DNA from: Ascidiella aspersa
Lineage: Eukaryota
Direction of reading: 5' to 3'
Assembly: GCA_963924565.1 (NCBI GenBank)
Contig: OZ004615.1
Span: 16,802,001 to 16,866,000, forward strand
DNA: 64,000 nt
Shown here: one piece after another, positions 24,845-39,960 of the stretch
How the letters are laid out: each line of letters opens with the position of its first letter
How positions within the stretch are numbered: position 1 is the stretch's first letter
Made by a program: the position numbers and the translations under genes
Notes under the pieces: generated by a model
Database searches by the model: none
What the model was told of the DNA's origin: nothing
The model's input: the letters and a program-made list of their open reading frames with translations, nothing else

Positions 24845-25029
24845 GGCGCTGGACTACAATCCTACCACTACACTCATTATTTGGATTAGGGTTCGAGATG
24901 GTTGAAGTATTATTATTAAATAATTAATATAATAATACTTGACCCACCCACACTCAAACGCTAACACGCACCCTGACCCAAATATTGTGCGTTGATTTAA
25001 TAATAGTGGTAGGATTCTAGACCAGTGCC
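24845..25029. mobile_element. Merlin-like MITE, second tandem copy
   Basis: GGCGCTGGACTACAATCCTACCAC...GTGGTAGGATTCTAGACCAGTGCC; internal AT-rich palindrome as in the neighbouring copy; no TSD seen. Confidence 0.8.
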
Positions 25030-25482
25030 CATGACTGTAAGTAGCAAAGTTGGACCTAAACTTGGGTGTATTATATTGCATTTAGATAGGGTTAGTAACT
25101 TCAAAAACCTAGGACTACAAGCTACAACTAATCAAAATATTTCATGTTCGCTTTCAAAAATGTTAACAATAAAATAAATATAGGGAAATCCCCAAAATAT
25201 TAACAAAACAAGCGCGCGAGAAGGAAAGGGTTCATGCCCAATGCTGAAATATAATATTTGGCAAAACAAAAAAGTTTAAGTATTTTGCTTTAAATATATC
25301 ATTGACCTACTTTTTACACAACGAAACCGATAGTTATTGCCTAACAAAGAAAAACAAAAAATAAATCCAGTCTGTATCATTGTTATCTGTGTGTAAAATT
25401 GGTAAATCATTAACAAATTTGTTCAATATTTATTTTTAAAATATATTTTTTTAAATATTTAAAAAGTTATTTACATTATTAG

Positions 25483-26455
25483 TAGGGATGTTCAAAGTAG
25501 AATCCCAAGGTATTCTAGAATAATAGGTTTCGAATCTAGAATAACGAATCCAGAATAGCGAATCCTAGTATATTTTTATTAAATTATTTAACCTCGATTT
25601 TGTTTGGGGAAGGGATTAATCTTAATCTACCCTACAGGGCCCTCAATCACAGCAATAAATCGCCCAAACAATTTTCTAACATGTGTACATTATAATTAAA
25701 AAACTCTCTCATATGTTTAACATCCTTAACAACTGTCATCTGAAGCCGTTCTGTAAACTGTAATATGTCAACTGTCCAGGTTGTGTCCAAAACTTATATT
25801 TTTGCCAACAGTGAGAAAATGCAACACTCCACACAGAAGTCTTAAGCAATTCAATCCTGATTTTGAAAGCATTGTTAAGTCTTATTGCTTCTTTTTTGAC
25901 TAACATGATCTGTTATGCAGTCAAATGATGTACTGCAAAGAATACCAAGTTATTATTGACATAACGAATTCTTGACAATTTCGTTGTGCATAACTGCATA
26001 ACTTCCCTGAATATTGGCCTAAAGTTGACCTGAAGTAACCCCATAGCGCATTTTGTGGACGGCCAGCACGTTTTGCAACGCTATGTTGCTTTTGCAACTT
26101 AACGCATTTAGGGAAATTGCGAACTCCACACCTGACATTACACGTTAGCCGCTCGCCCAATAACGCTTGATTGACACTTAATTATTAGACGAACGTTATC
26201 GCGAGACGCGGTAATTGGTCGCCCGAAAAAACGCTGACACTGCACTACGAGGTTACTTTTAAAGCAAGCACTATAAATTGGTCGCCGCGGCGACAAGCCA
26301 ACTTACCACACGCGTTTGTGCTATTAGGCGCAACAATCCGCGGTAAAACATTAAATTATATCGGTTCCAATTAGCCGAAATAAATGGCAGAATTGGATTC
26401 GAATCCCATCTGGATTCGAATCCAAGGATTCGTTATTCTACTTTGAGCATCCCTA
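25483..26455. mobile_element. Non-autonomous hAT (Ac-type) element
   Basis: TIR TAGGGATGTTCAAAGTAGAAT / ATTCTACTTTGAGCATCCCTA; perfect TSD ATTATTAG; subterminal GAATCC/GGATTC repeats; weak minus-strand GRPQNALWGYF (BED-like) remnant. Confidence 0.92.
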
Positions 26456-27035
26456 ATTATTAGTTTCAACTTATATTTCCAATGCATTAAAATGTGCCGG
26501 CTACGTAACTTCAAATGTCATGTCGTTTGGGAAATCCTTTGACAAGGAACTTTCAATCACTTTGACAAGGAAAAATCAAATCAAAATAATTTCTTCAAAT
26601 TGGAACTCAATATAATTTTAATTAGTCGAGAGGAAAAGGTGTCAAACGAGTCGGCTATTGCAGTCACATGAGGGTCGAGGGCGACAGTTAAGAAAGTATC
26701 CTTAGTTTGGGTATGATGAAACAGGAACAGTACGCCCAGACAACATATATTACGATATGTAAGGAACTAATGTCGTCAGTGTTTTTATCTGTTAATCTTT
26801 TTGTCACACCACTTTATTCTATGCATTATACTTTAATACAGCTACTGCAAACATGTTTTATTACGTCAGTCTTTGCATATATTGTCGAAATTTTATGCGG
26901 GCCGTGACATAGGTAGGCTACGATTGCATTGCAAGAGTTGTTGATATCACCTTAAAAAATAAAACTCAAATTTAAGAGCGAACTGCTCGTAGTTAAAATG
27001 ACTTATATTTTGGCAGAGAATACACGTGAGGTACT

Positions 27036-30000
27036 ATGTTTTCAGTGTTACTGTTATTGCTTCTTAATTTACTGTGTTATGCTGAATCGAATTCCGTTAC
27101 TAATTGGTACGGACCATTAACGGATAGCCCCAAACAGGAACGGTGCAACTGTCGTGAATGGAAGCTGATGGAAATGCAGAGCAGAATGTTTACGTACAGC
27201 AGCCTCGTTGGAAACAAATCCTGCCAGTACGGAGTTGAAACGAAACTCTTTGTGTGCCATGGTAATTACAGCAACATCTGCAAAATGCCCGCTCATCAAC
27301 AGCGGTATTTTTTACCGCAATTACGTTGTTCTAGTCAACGGGATACTGACAGGGGTGTCTGTAGCAAACCTTGTGGTATCGGAATGCGACCTATATATAG
27401 ATTCTGCTACTCCACAGACGGGTTAAATTATTGCAGAGTAAAGATGGTGCCCTGCAACACTGACAAGTGCAAAAGCAAAAAACACTTACCACAAGGACCA
27501 ACAAAGCGCGTGTTTAAGTGGATTTGGATCCCTGGTCAATGTACGGTAACCTGCTATGATGGAGTGAATAGAGGTTTGCGAACGGCCAGGAGAAAATGTG
27601 TAAAAGCGGGCAAAAGAGACAGCAAACATCATGAAAAAGATTACGAGGTTGTGAGCCACGAGTTTTGCGGCTCCACAGTCGAAAAGCGGGATGAAACGTT
27701 CAACTGTACAAATTTGCCGCCGTGCCTCAAATCCACAGGTACCACTTTTTCGGAAACGACCAAAATGCATTCGTCTATTCATCCATTTTCCCAAACGGCT
27801 TCGACGAATGCTGAAAACGCGCGAAAAGTTCCAATAGCTTCTACGACAGGCGAAAATGTCACTATTAAAACTCCACCATCGAACTCTGTTACGTCAAACG
27901 AATTGAGTCGTTCCCGGTTTTGGGATCGCCACGTCTCAATGCTGGTTGTCATTATTGCGTGCAGCATCACGATTGTTACAGCATCGCTGCTGGCTTCATG
28001 CTTCGTCGCATGCTGCTGCTTGCGGTGCATCCCCCGGAGTAGGAGCCGAGAAAGCGGAGAAGGAGAGAGAAGGGTGGCAAAGAAGATGGACATCAGCGCT
28101 CCTGTCATTTCGTCACTCACTGTTGGTAAGTCACTTAGCAAGTTGAAATTGATTAAACTCGAGTTGATTCGTAAGGTTTACATGACTCGGCGTCGGACGT
28201 TTTTATATTCTGTGTGAATATGAATAATTCCAGGAACAGTAGCATTGTAGTGACTCTGTAGGTCCTTTTGTAGGACCGACGCCGAGTCATGTCTGTAGGT
28301 CCTTTTACGGCAGTGATCATTCCTGCTGTGTCGTATCAACCGCCTTCTTCTTGTGTCTGCTATTATACTTCTGTATACTGTCTTCGCAGAGACCGCTCTG
28401 TCTCTCGTTAAGACCAGACCTAACTTTCTCTGGTCCCTTGCTTCCCCTCTTCTTGGCCTTCTGTGATGTAATAAACAATACAAGCTAACAGCACACCTAG
28501 TAGTTGGAAATACACATATATGGTAAGCCCTACACTCCTACAGCCTGAAATATCTCTCGCAAATTTAAAAGGTTTTGTCAATTCGTTCAATACTTTTTAC
28601 TAAACACTGTTTGCACCAGCCCCACGGAAACGGATGACGATAGCCGATAGTAAGTGCTGTAAACTAACTTTATGGTGCCGTGCTTATTTTCAGGCGAGAA
28701 TTCGGTGAACGCGGGACGAATTCTGAGGCAGGTCTACTCGTCGGAAACAATCCAGCCAAGTCACGAGTTGGCACAAGGAGGGCCAAACGAAAGTTCACCA
28801 ATTGTATCTGTGGTGGGTCTTAAAAAAAAATGTATATATACATATTTATGGTAGGTTTGTTTGTCTTGCACATTGGAAAGTTCACTGTTACTATAGGAAT
28901 GTCTGATAATGTCAGGCTGCATAGCGATGCCCGTTCATTACATTGTTTGCCATTCCCTTCAGAATGACTTGACATTTCAACAAACGACCAATACAAAGCA
29001 ACATTTTTAGCCCAACAAATTAATATTGTCCCCCAACCAGAGCGACCTAATGTGTTGTTGTTGTTGTTTTTTTTTATACAAAATCGCTCAGAATCAATTA
29101 ACCTTTGTAGGTTTTTATTGTGGACAATTACCATATTATATTCTCTCAAACGGTCAAGTTCCCTTTGACTAAAATTTGGTCAAATAGTTTACACTATACT
29201 GGGTAAATTGGAGTTAATCTCTGTTTTCAGTTTCAAATGTACAATGCTTCATAATTGAACGCCCGGATTTGAAATCTGTACGTCACTTTATAGCAAATTG
29301 TTGCCTTACAGGCTGATTCCCAGAAGAACAACAATCACGCCGACAACATCGTTAAATACAACTCCCGCAATGTCGAACATCCTTCTCATACATTCACAAA
29401 CGTCACTAATGCAGTTGTCGCAGACGACGTCAAGCATTTCCGCAAGAGTAAGATGTTTTTTAGTTAAAACAAATGGAATCGGGCTAGGTCCTAAAATCAT
29501 TACAGTTTAAACACGTAGGCCTATAGCAAAAGAAAAATAGTAAATTAGTTTAAATAATATAAATTCTGTATACAGTAGTTCCTACGTCGATTTTAACACA
29601 CGATTCCCTCTATCTAAAGTTAGAGTTACGGTTCATTCTTTTGTAAATAGTACACGTGGGAATTGTACCCCTTTTTAAGACTCGATTTAAATAAGAGGCG
29701 ACTATAAAATCCCGTCATAACCACTAACATTTCGTCATCGTGCTTTTGCCTCAGTGTCTCACATTCGATTTAACTAAAGGATGTGAACCGTCGCCTTTAG
29801 AGAGACAAGCGTTTCTTTAGCGCATCTAAACTGTCAATAAAATGTTGGGGAAGCGATAATCATGCCAAATGTTTACTCGTGTATTTCCTGTTAAAAGGTT
29901 TTTATTTTAAGACAGTGCCGGGTTCCATAAACTGCGTTTAGTGCCTTAAAACATAAATGACTTTTAACATTTATTCAAGTTGATTAAGTAGGTAACTAAT

Positions 30001-33000
30001 TAATAGGAGCATAACAAATAATTCGTTTGTTAAAATTAAGCGCTTACTTGATTTGTAGTGAGTTCAATGTTGTTGGTCGTAAAAAAAATAAGGGCGCAAA
30101 AATGTGTTTAGGCTTAATATTTTGATGCGTAGTTCCGAAAAATAAATTTGGCTCTGTGACATCAAACGTCTACATGGTTCCGATTGCATCCAAAACGATC
30201 CAAGAAGATCAGGAAGGGTTTCCGGAGCCCCCAGAAAGATTCGACAACTACCCAAGCATCGATTCGGCCTCCGTTAGAGCACTGGGGCCGCCGCCAGAAG
30301 TACCGAAGAAACTCTGCGATGATTCGATAGGTTTGTTTCTTTTAAAGTGTCAAAAATTATTTTGCGGTGCTATAGGCCTGGGGTAGCCAACACGTCACTC
30401 GCAACATTTCACCTGGTCGATCGCGTCGAATATGTGTTAAGTCATTACTAGGGCGATTATTTTTTGACCTAAAAAATAAGAAATTTTGACCTAAAAACAT
30501 ATTTTTTTTGACCAAAATTTGACTTATTAGAAAAACAATGATTTAAACATCATATTGTTGTTTGAAGTACTGCATAGTGTCTTCTCGTCGTCAACCACAC
30601 GTTTGAGATGTTTTACTGACGATTGGTGTTTTTCACAAATCAATAATATGTTGGGTTTATGAAGAAAAACTTGGAAACTGGTTATTTTAGAACAATGTTG
30701 TGTACTGTAAACAGTAGATATACAAAGTAATAATAATTGCAGAAATTAACAAAAATCTAGTTATCGAAATAGGAAATGGGATAATTGCATATTACAAGCA
30801 AAAAAATACAGCAATACTATATTTGTCCAAACCAGAGATACGAAACTATAACGCAAAAACGAAGTTCGAGCTCAACCCAATGCGATAAACTAAGACTGGG
30901 TGGTTAATTCTGCCAACTCGCGTAAAATGTCGTTGAATATAACTCAAAACAAGTTTTTTTTGATAGAAATTCAACTGAACGACCATTTAAAAAATATATA
31001 TTTTGTAAACGATTTATTCGCATTTTGAATCGATTTTGACTTTAAATAATTTGACAAATTTTGACCTAACGTGTAAATTTTTACAACGTTTTGAGTTTTT
31101 TTATAATTCCAAAAATAATCGCCCTAGTCATTGCATTTGCTGTCGCACACAAGCGGAGCATTAAAATGACCAATTGTTACCTGGACACAGGGCCGGGTTA
31201 AGGTTGTCGTGGACCTGGGAGTGTATGGTAGTCAGAGGCCTATTGGTGATTTCCATTCTGTTTATTGTTCCAATCAGAATTAACATGAAATAGAATTGTT
31301 TTATTCACTTATCAAACTGATTTAATTAACAGTTTTTGTAGCTTTAGATAAAGCGAAGCTGAGATATCTTTATCGCCGTCTATTTTTTTCCGAAAATCTC
31401 GTTTTTTATACAGAGTAGAGCTAACGAATGCAACCTATTTTGAACCACAGAGGAACACATTTGATTTATTCTTTAAGGCAGACCTGGGCAACATTCCGCC
31501 CGCCAAGCAACCTAATCCTGATTTTTTTAACGGCTAAGCGAAAACAAGGGCAAGTTTCTTCATGTTTGGTTGTATCGTAAACACTCTTTCCAGGGACGGA
31601 TCTAGTCACCAACCCGCCAAACTTTATTTTTAGCGTGTTTCAAATACTAAACTGGAAATTGAAATCTCTTCTCTTTCTCGTATGTTCCAAAAGGCATATT
31701 TGCAGAAAAAGGTGTCTTGCTCTGAACTGTTGCACTTTCTTTAAGAAAAGTTTACCAAATTTAGGCTAATATTTATATATATTATTGCGCTTCATTCGTT
31801 TGAATTAAGTCTAAAAATCTTTTTCGTTAATAAAGCTAAACATTTGGAGCTTCTGCTATATTTTTGAAGTTAAAATGGTAGGACGTTTAGCAGTGCAGAA
31901 AACTAAATCATCGTTTCAGGCAGCGATTCTTCCAGATCATCAGGATAATCCTTAAGGAATTTTTTTATTATTATTACGCCGGTTAGACGTGGTATATAGT
32001 TCAATCAGAAACGAAAATCTTTGTTGAACACGATTGTATGCTGCAGTTCGGGATTTTGTATAATATAGAAAAATATAGATAAAGTACTTTGGTCAATGAT
32101 CGGCAAATACGAATCATCTTGAAAAGAGTGTGAGCGGAGTGTTTTCAGATTTCCCTTTGCTATCACCAATTGTACTTTTGTTCTCTTCTTTCTTGAATTG
32201 TGAATAGACAACGTAGGTGATTTTCAAAAGATTCGTGCCTTGCCATGTCGAGCGGTGCATGCTTCCAGTCGCCGTAACCAACTGATACAAGTCTGCTTTT
32301 GTCAGAATCAAATGCAAAAAGTTTTCACATAAAGCAGTAAATAATTTTTGTAATGGTGAATAGCGCAACCAATTCGCGTGTCATTTTTTCACCTTTTAGT
32401 TCTTCACGCTAAAATAAGTAGTAGGCCTAGTACGATACCGTTTAAATTTATTAACGGTAGTGCCATCGGCATCAAGTTTTTGAAACTGTAAACTTCCCAC
32501 TTGGCAGACGTAATCTCTTAACCCTTCATCACATATCCGTAAGTTTACTTTTCTTTCTGCAAAGTTTACAGCAATAATATCAGATGGATAAGGTATAAAA
32601 TTTGGTTCTTTAATAGATCTACTGAAAAACGACTCTAAGCAGGTACATTATTATTGGACTTAATTTTTGATTTACACTTTTTCGGTCATTTTCCGTGAAA
32701 ATACCAAGTTATCATTTCGATTCTGCAACAACCTTTTTTATTTTTTTCTGCCCCTTTTTTAGATTTTTCTGCCTCTTTTCTAAACGTTTGCTCTTCCCAA
32801 CCACTTTTGTATTTCTTTATCTCTTGTCTTATAAAAAAATCAGTATAACTTTAATACTTACATCACATTTCGCCATGTTTTTGTAATAATCTCCTCTGCA
32901 CAAAAACTTTTTCCTCTGCACAAAAACTTCTTTAAACGTAGCCTGCTAAGGCTTGTTACATTTTTACGACATGCTGATTATATTATTCAAAACATTCACG

Positions 33001-34880
33001 ATTTTAAGATATTGTGACAATTTCAATGAGCTAAAGCTGTCTGTAAACATAAGTTGAGCTAGCTCGTTGTAATTTGTTTTAGCGTTGTCTCCGCATTTAG
33101 TAGCTTCATATTGTGAAGTAACAAACACGCAATTGGCGCTTATGGTCAGATGGTTTCCTAATAAACGTATTCCATATTTTACTTTAAACAATAAAACGAT
33201 GTGACACCAGCGGTGATATCTTCAGAATATAACTTTACCGTTTTTTTACAAAGTTAATGTCAGGTTGGTCGTAATATTTAAGTTGTTGCGGTGGGCCTAT
33301 ATTTTGGGTGGGCCTGGGGCTGCAGCCCCCTAAGCCCCGCCTTAATCCGCCCCTGCCTGGACAAGCCTAATAAAGCGTTCTTTAAAGTAACAAATTAACC
33401 TCAAACGCTGGCTTAGAATTGATTTAACGCTCAAAATGTTTAATAAGTGTTCTTGTGACTTTTTTACTCAACCAGTCGATTGCAATCAAACATAAGTTGG
33501 CTACACCTGCTATACGCAAGTAAAACAACGAACAGTGAAAAAAGCACATCGGATTTAATTGTTAACCGAGTAGACTCTGTCATTGTATGGGTTAAAACAG
33601 GGGTGCCCAACTCAAACATGCCGGCGTGCCAATTTTTTTTCCTTATTTAATCAAGCAAACCATTGGGGCCTTTAGCTGTGTAGTAGCAATGCGCATTACT
33701 GCATCTAAGGGTCCTACGGTAAGCTGACTTTGCTACTTGGTTTCTTTACACCAAGCTATATAATTATGTGAATGCTAGCCTCCACCAACATATGTTAGTT
33801 GTTGTTATTGCCGCGATTGTTATATATTGTGAACAAACAATGACAATTGGCTGAATAACAAATGAGGTATTTTGGGGGGGGGGCTCGCGTGCCCTTTTTT
33901 ATTAGGTCGCGTGCCACATTTGGCACGCGTGCCGCTTGTTGGACACCCCCGGGTTAAAATCTTGTTTACTTGTAGTGTGTTATTATAAGACACATTGCTA
34001 TTTTTACTGAAGCAGATCACGTCTTTCCCATCTCTCCTCTTCCTGATGCGAATATCCTCCAAGTTCCCCCGTCGCCAAGCAACAACGGAGAGTACAAGGA
34101 GATACTCGAGGACCTCTCAAGCGTGCTGAACGAACTCCAGGAGGGAATGGCGCAGGGGAGGAGTAAGCCTTCATCACATAAGGTCAGCATCCAGCTCCAC
34201 ATAAATCTGAAATTTCTAAAAACATTACAGTCACCCAAAATGTTATTAGACTCATGATTTATAAAATAGCCACAGTCAACTTGAAGATTTGAATAAGGCG
34301 AAAATTTGTAAAACTATAGTTATTTCGAAAATTGTCTGGGATTACTAAAATTCTATTTTCCGTAATATTTCCCTAATTGTCTAAATTACAAAAGCTCTTT
34401 CCATATTCCAGGAAACTTGGTTTTGCCACAACTTTATGTTTCTTGCTAACACTTTCTTATTATCGCATGCTTTTATTTTAAGTTCGCTTAGGATTTGTTA
34501 AAGAACCTGTGTCTTTACACTCGATTTGATTTAATAGTCATTTTTTTATTGTTTAAATTGTAATACTTACGTTTTGCAACTAATTCGTCATTGATATAAC
34601 TACAAGTTGGGACCCTACAACTTAAACGTAGGAAAACACAATATTAACCATTTCGGCCTATATACGTAATTCGTCTGTATGCAAATTTTACATGTTTGTT
34701 TTTTAGGGCCGACCAAACAATGTAAACCACATCTACGATGAAGTTTATGAAGAAGGAATAAGGGGAAAGAATATGTGGCGAGAAGATGCTTCTCCTAAGG
34801 AAGGGAAGTTCCCCACAAGTTGGCAAGACAGTCAGCCGATAGACGCGAACTTAGTATACGCCACTATCAACAAAAAATAA
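27036..34880 (+). CDS. Single-pass membrane protein with TSP1-like repeats, S/T-rich stalk and Tyr/Pro-motif cytoplasmic tail, ~637 aa
   Basis: Exons 27036-28125, 28620-28649, 28694-28812 (alternative end 28803), 29312-29447, 30133-30330, 34016-34182, 34707-34880; phases compatible. Signal peptide MFSVLLLLLLNLLCYAES; CSKPCGIGMR and WIWIPGQCTVTC..RTARRKC (TSP1-like); TM MLVVIIACSITIVTASLLASCFVACCC; tail ends LVYATINKK. Exon 1 is secure; downstream exon boundaries are less certain. Confidence 0.75.
28246..28542 (+). mobile_element. Possible solo LTR in intron 1 of the TSP1 gene
   Basis: TGTAG...CTACA termini, a pyrimidine-rich block and AATAAA at 28470. No TSD found and the left end is ambiguous. 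Confidence 0.3.
30449..31126. mobile_element. Nested hAT (Ac-type) non-autonomous element
   Basis: 16-bp TIR TAGGGCGATTATTTTT; TSD GTCATTAC/GTCATTGC; subterminal TTTTGACC repeats. Confidence 0.9.
31188..33355 (-). mobile_element. Nested hAT-Tip100-type deletion derivative with decayed transposase
   Basis: TIR CAGGGCCGGGTTAAGG / CCTTAATCCGCCCCTG; perfect TSD CCTGGACA. Minus-strand remnants WLRYSP..IYCFM*KLF and GYGDWKHAPLDMARHESFENH (TTF zinc-finger region, ~32210-32375) and QNRLHSLALLCIKNEI (hAT C-terminal dimerisation region, ~31400-31445). Confidence 0.9.
33598..33951. mobile_element. hAT (Charlie-type) MITE
   Basis: TIR CAGGGGTGCCCAAC / GTTGGACACCCCCG; perfect TSD GGTTAAAA. Confidence 0.9.
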
Positions 34881-36830
34881 AGTCAATTTCAAATTTGTAA
34901 ATTTAAAAACATAAGTTTTTGACCTGGGAAGAGATCGCTTTGGAAACTTTTAGGAGTGTTATATTTTGACGTATTTTATTATTTGCAATATTCAAGCGCA
35001 ACAAACAACGGCGATATTACCGTTCTCGGTGTCTATCTGATACTATTGACAGTTCTTTGTCTAGCGTTGACGTCTTTTACAGGGTCTGCATTATATAACG
35101 TTCGTATATTTTTTTTGTAAACGACAATATCGTCCAATATGTAAGCATGTAAAATATATTAGGTTTATTGGAATACAAAATTAAATCAAATGCATATCAA
35201 GTCAGTCAAATTGCCCAACAAATTAAAGTTTTCACGCCTAACCTTCATTTTTTTCTTAAAACAATATACATGCGCACTTATTCTTGTAATCTCCCATTTT
35301 ACTTGGTCTTGGATAACCCCTAACCTTGTGCCATTTACTACAGTAGTGTATTCTAAACGCTGCATGCGCATTTCATTTACAGCCAGTTCACCTCTTTAAT
35401 TGTTCTGTGTTGTGCTATGAATAATATATCTGTATAAAAAATGTTTTAAACATTCAGTGTAAGCCTTATGAAATATAGATTCAGACGTGTGCATTCCTTC
35501 CTTTAAAAAAAGGTTAAATGCGGATGAGGTTTTGGGCTGACAAAATTGGGTGGTAAAATGGATTTTTGTTAGGTTATTTGCTGTTCATTTGTTTCCTTAA
35601 TATTCACATTTTTACAACAGTAGCAAAAACAGTTAACAGGAAATGTGTCCATCGATGAATCCCTGCAAATTGAACCGTCATGCTGCAATGTACGTACGCT
35701 ACTTATTGGCTGGATTATATCATCTGGACCAGATTTCCCAGCCTTTTATGGCGTACGGCATCGCTCATAAATAATAAATAGAAAGTGTCATCCATACTAA
35801 AAGCAACATTTTGTGTAATTTATTATTTTTGCAAAGAATTGTATCATGAGGCTTGCCATTGAGGCAAAAATCAGATTTATAAAGATTTTCAAATATGTCT
35901 TGGAACCCTTGAAACAAAATTAGAAATTAGTTTGGAAACCACTAATCTACTCTGGGCCAGTGTCTACCGCGAGATTCCCGGAAGTTTTTGCATATTATGC
36001 TTTCCGAACGTACCGTTTATCACTTAATAGAATTATAACGAGAAAGACTGATATGAGTATCTCGATTATAAACAATCCAGGTGATATTTCATCAACTTTT
36101 TAAGAATTGAAGTCTTTTTGAAACTATTCTTATGTTTTTCGAAAATATTATATCTAGAATAATATTTTAAAACAAACAATTTTAACGATTAAATAAGGCT
36201 CAGAACTTCTAATAAATGAATTCACTTCATTACTTTTGGAAAACTTATTGGTTAAATTTACATGCGGTTTTTAATTCCGTTTTTTTACAAAATTAAAATA
36301 TAGTTTTACGCGTAAAACTGTTTGCTGCCAGTTTATTCGGTTTTGGTGGTGCTATGCAAAAATTTCTCGAAACGGAATGTGTTTGCCGATTTTGATAGTT
36401 AAGACATAAAAACTACAAAAAATTGTCTGTGGACAAAATAACGGCTTCTTTCAATGCAATTTTATTCTCAATGAGCCACTGAACAATTACATAAATACCA
36501 GACCAGCCAACGTGATACAAATAAAACTATTTTTTAAACAAATTTTGTGTCTTTACAATGCTTTTTTAACTTACTTGAAAATTTTCCACGGCCCATTGGC
36601 TGAGAATTGCTGCCCCAAAACAGTTTTTCACAAGTTAATTGAAGAAGAATGCCTCAAACGATTAGGTGCCTTAAACGAAACGCACACCAAGAAATCGTTG
36701 CGCAGGCGAAAATCGCAGTCACATTTAAAAGCGCCAGTGAAGTTTGCCCTGTTTTACTGTTTGCTGTTAGACGACACTGCAGAGTTGTTGCTTTCATTTC
36801 AAGACTACTTTTATTTTACTATTCGGCATC

Positions 36831-39960
<3,130 letters not shown>

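Larger units (their letters stand above)
30378..33509. mobile_element. hAT MITE (outer) interrupted by two nested hAT insertions
   Basis: TIR CTGGGGTAGCCAAC / GTTGGCTACACCTG; TSD CTATAGGC/CTATACGC. Confidence 0.8.

Noticed and set aside
28085-28125. CRIB domain at MDISAP
   Set aside because: Only the ISxP start is present; the F-x-H-x-x-H-V part is missing.
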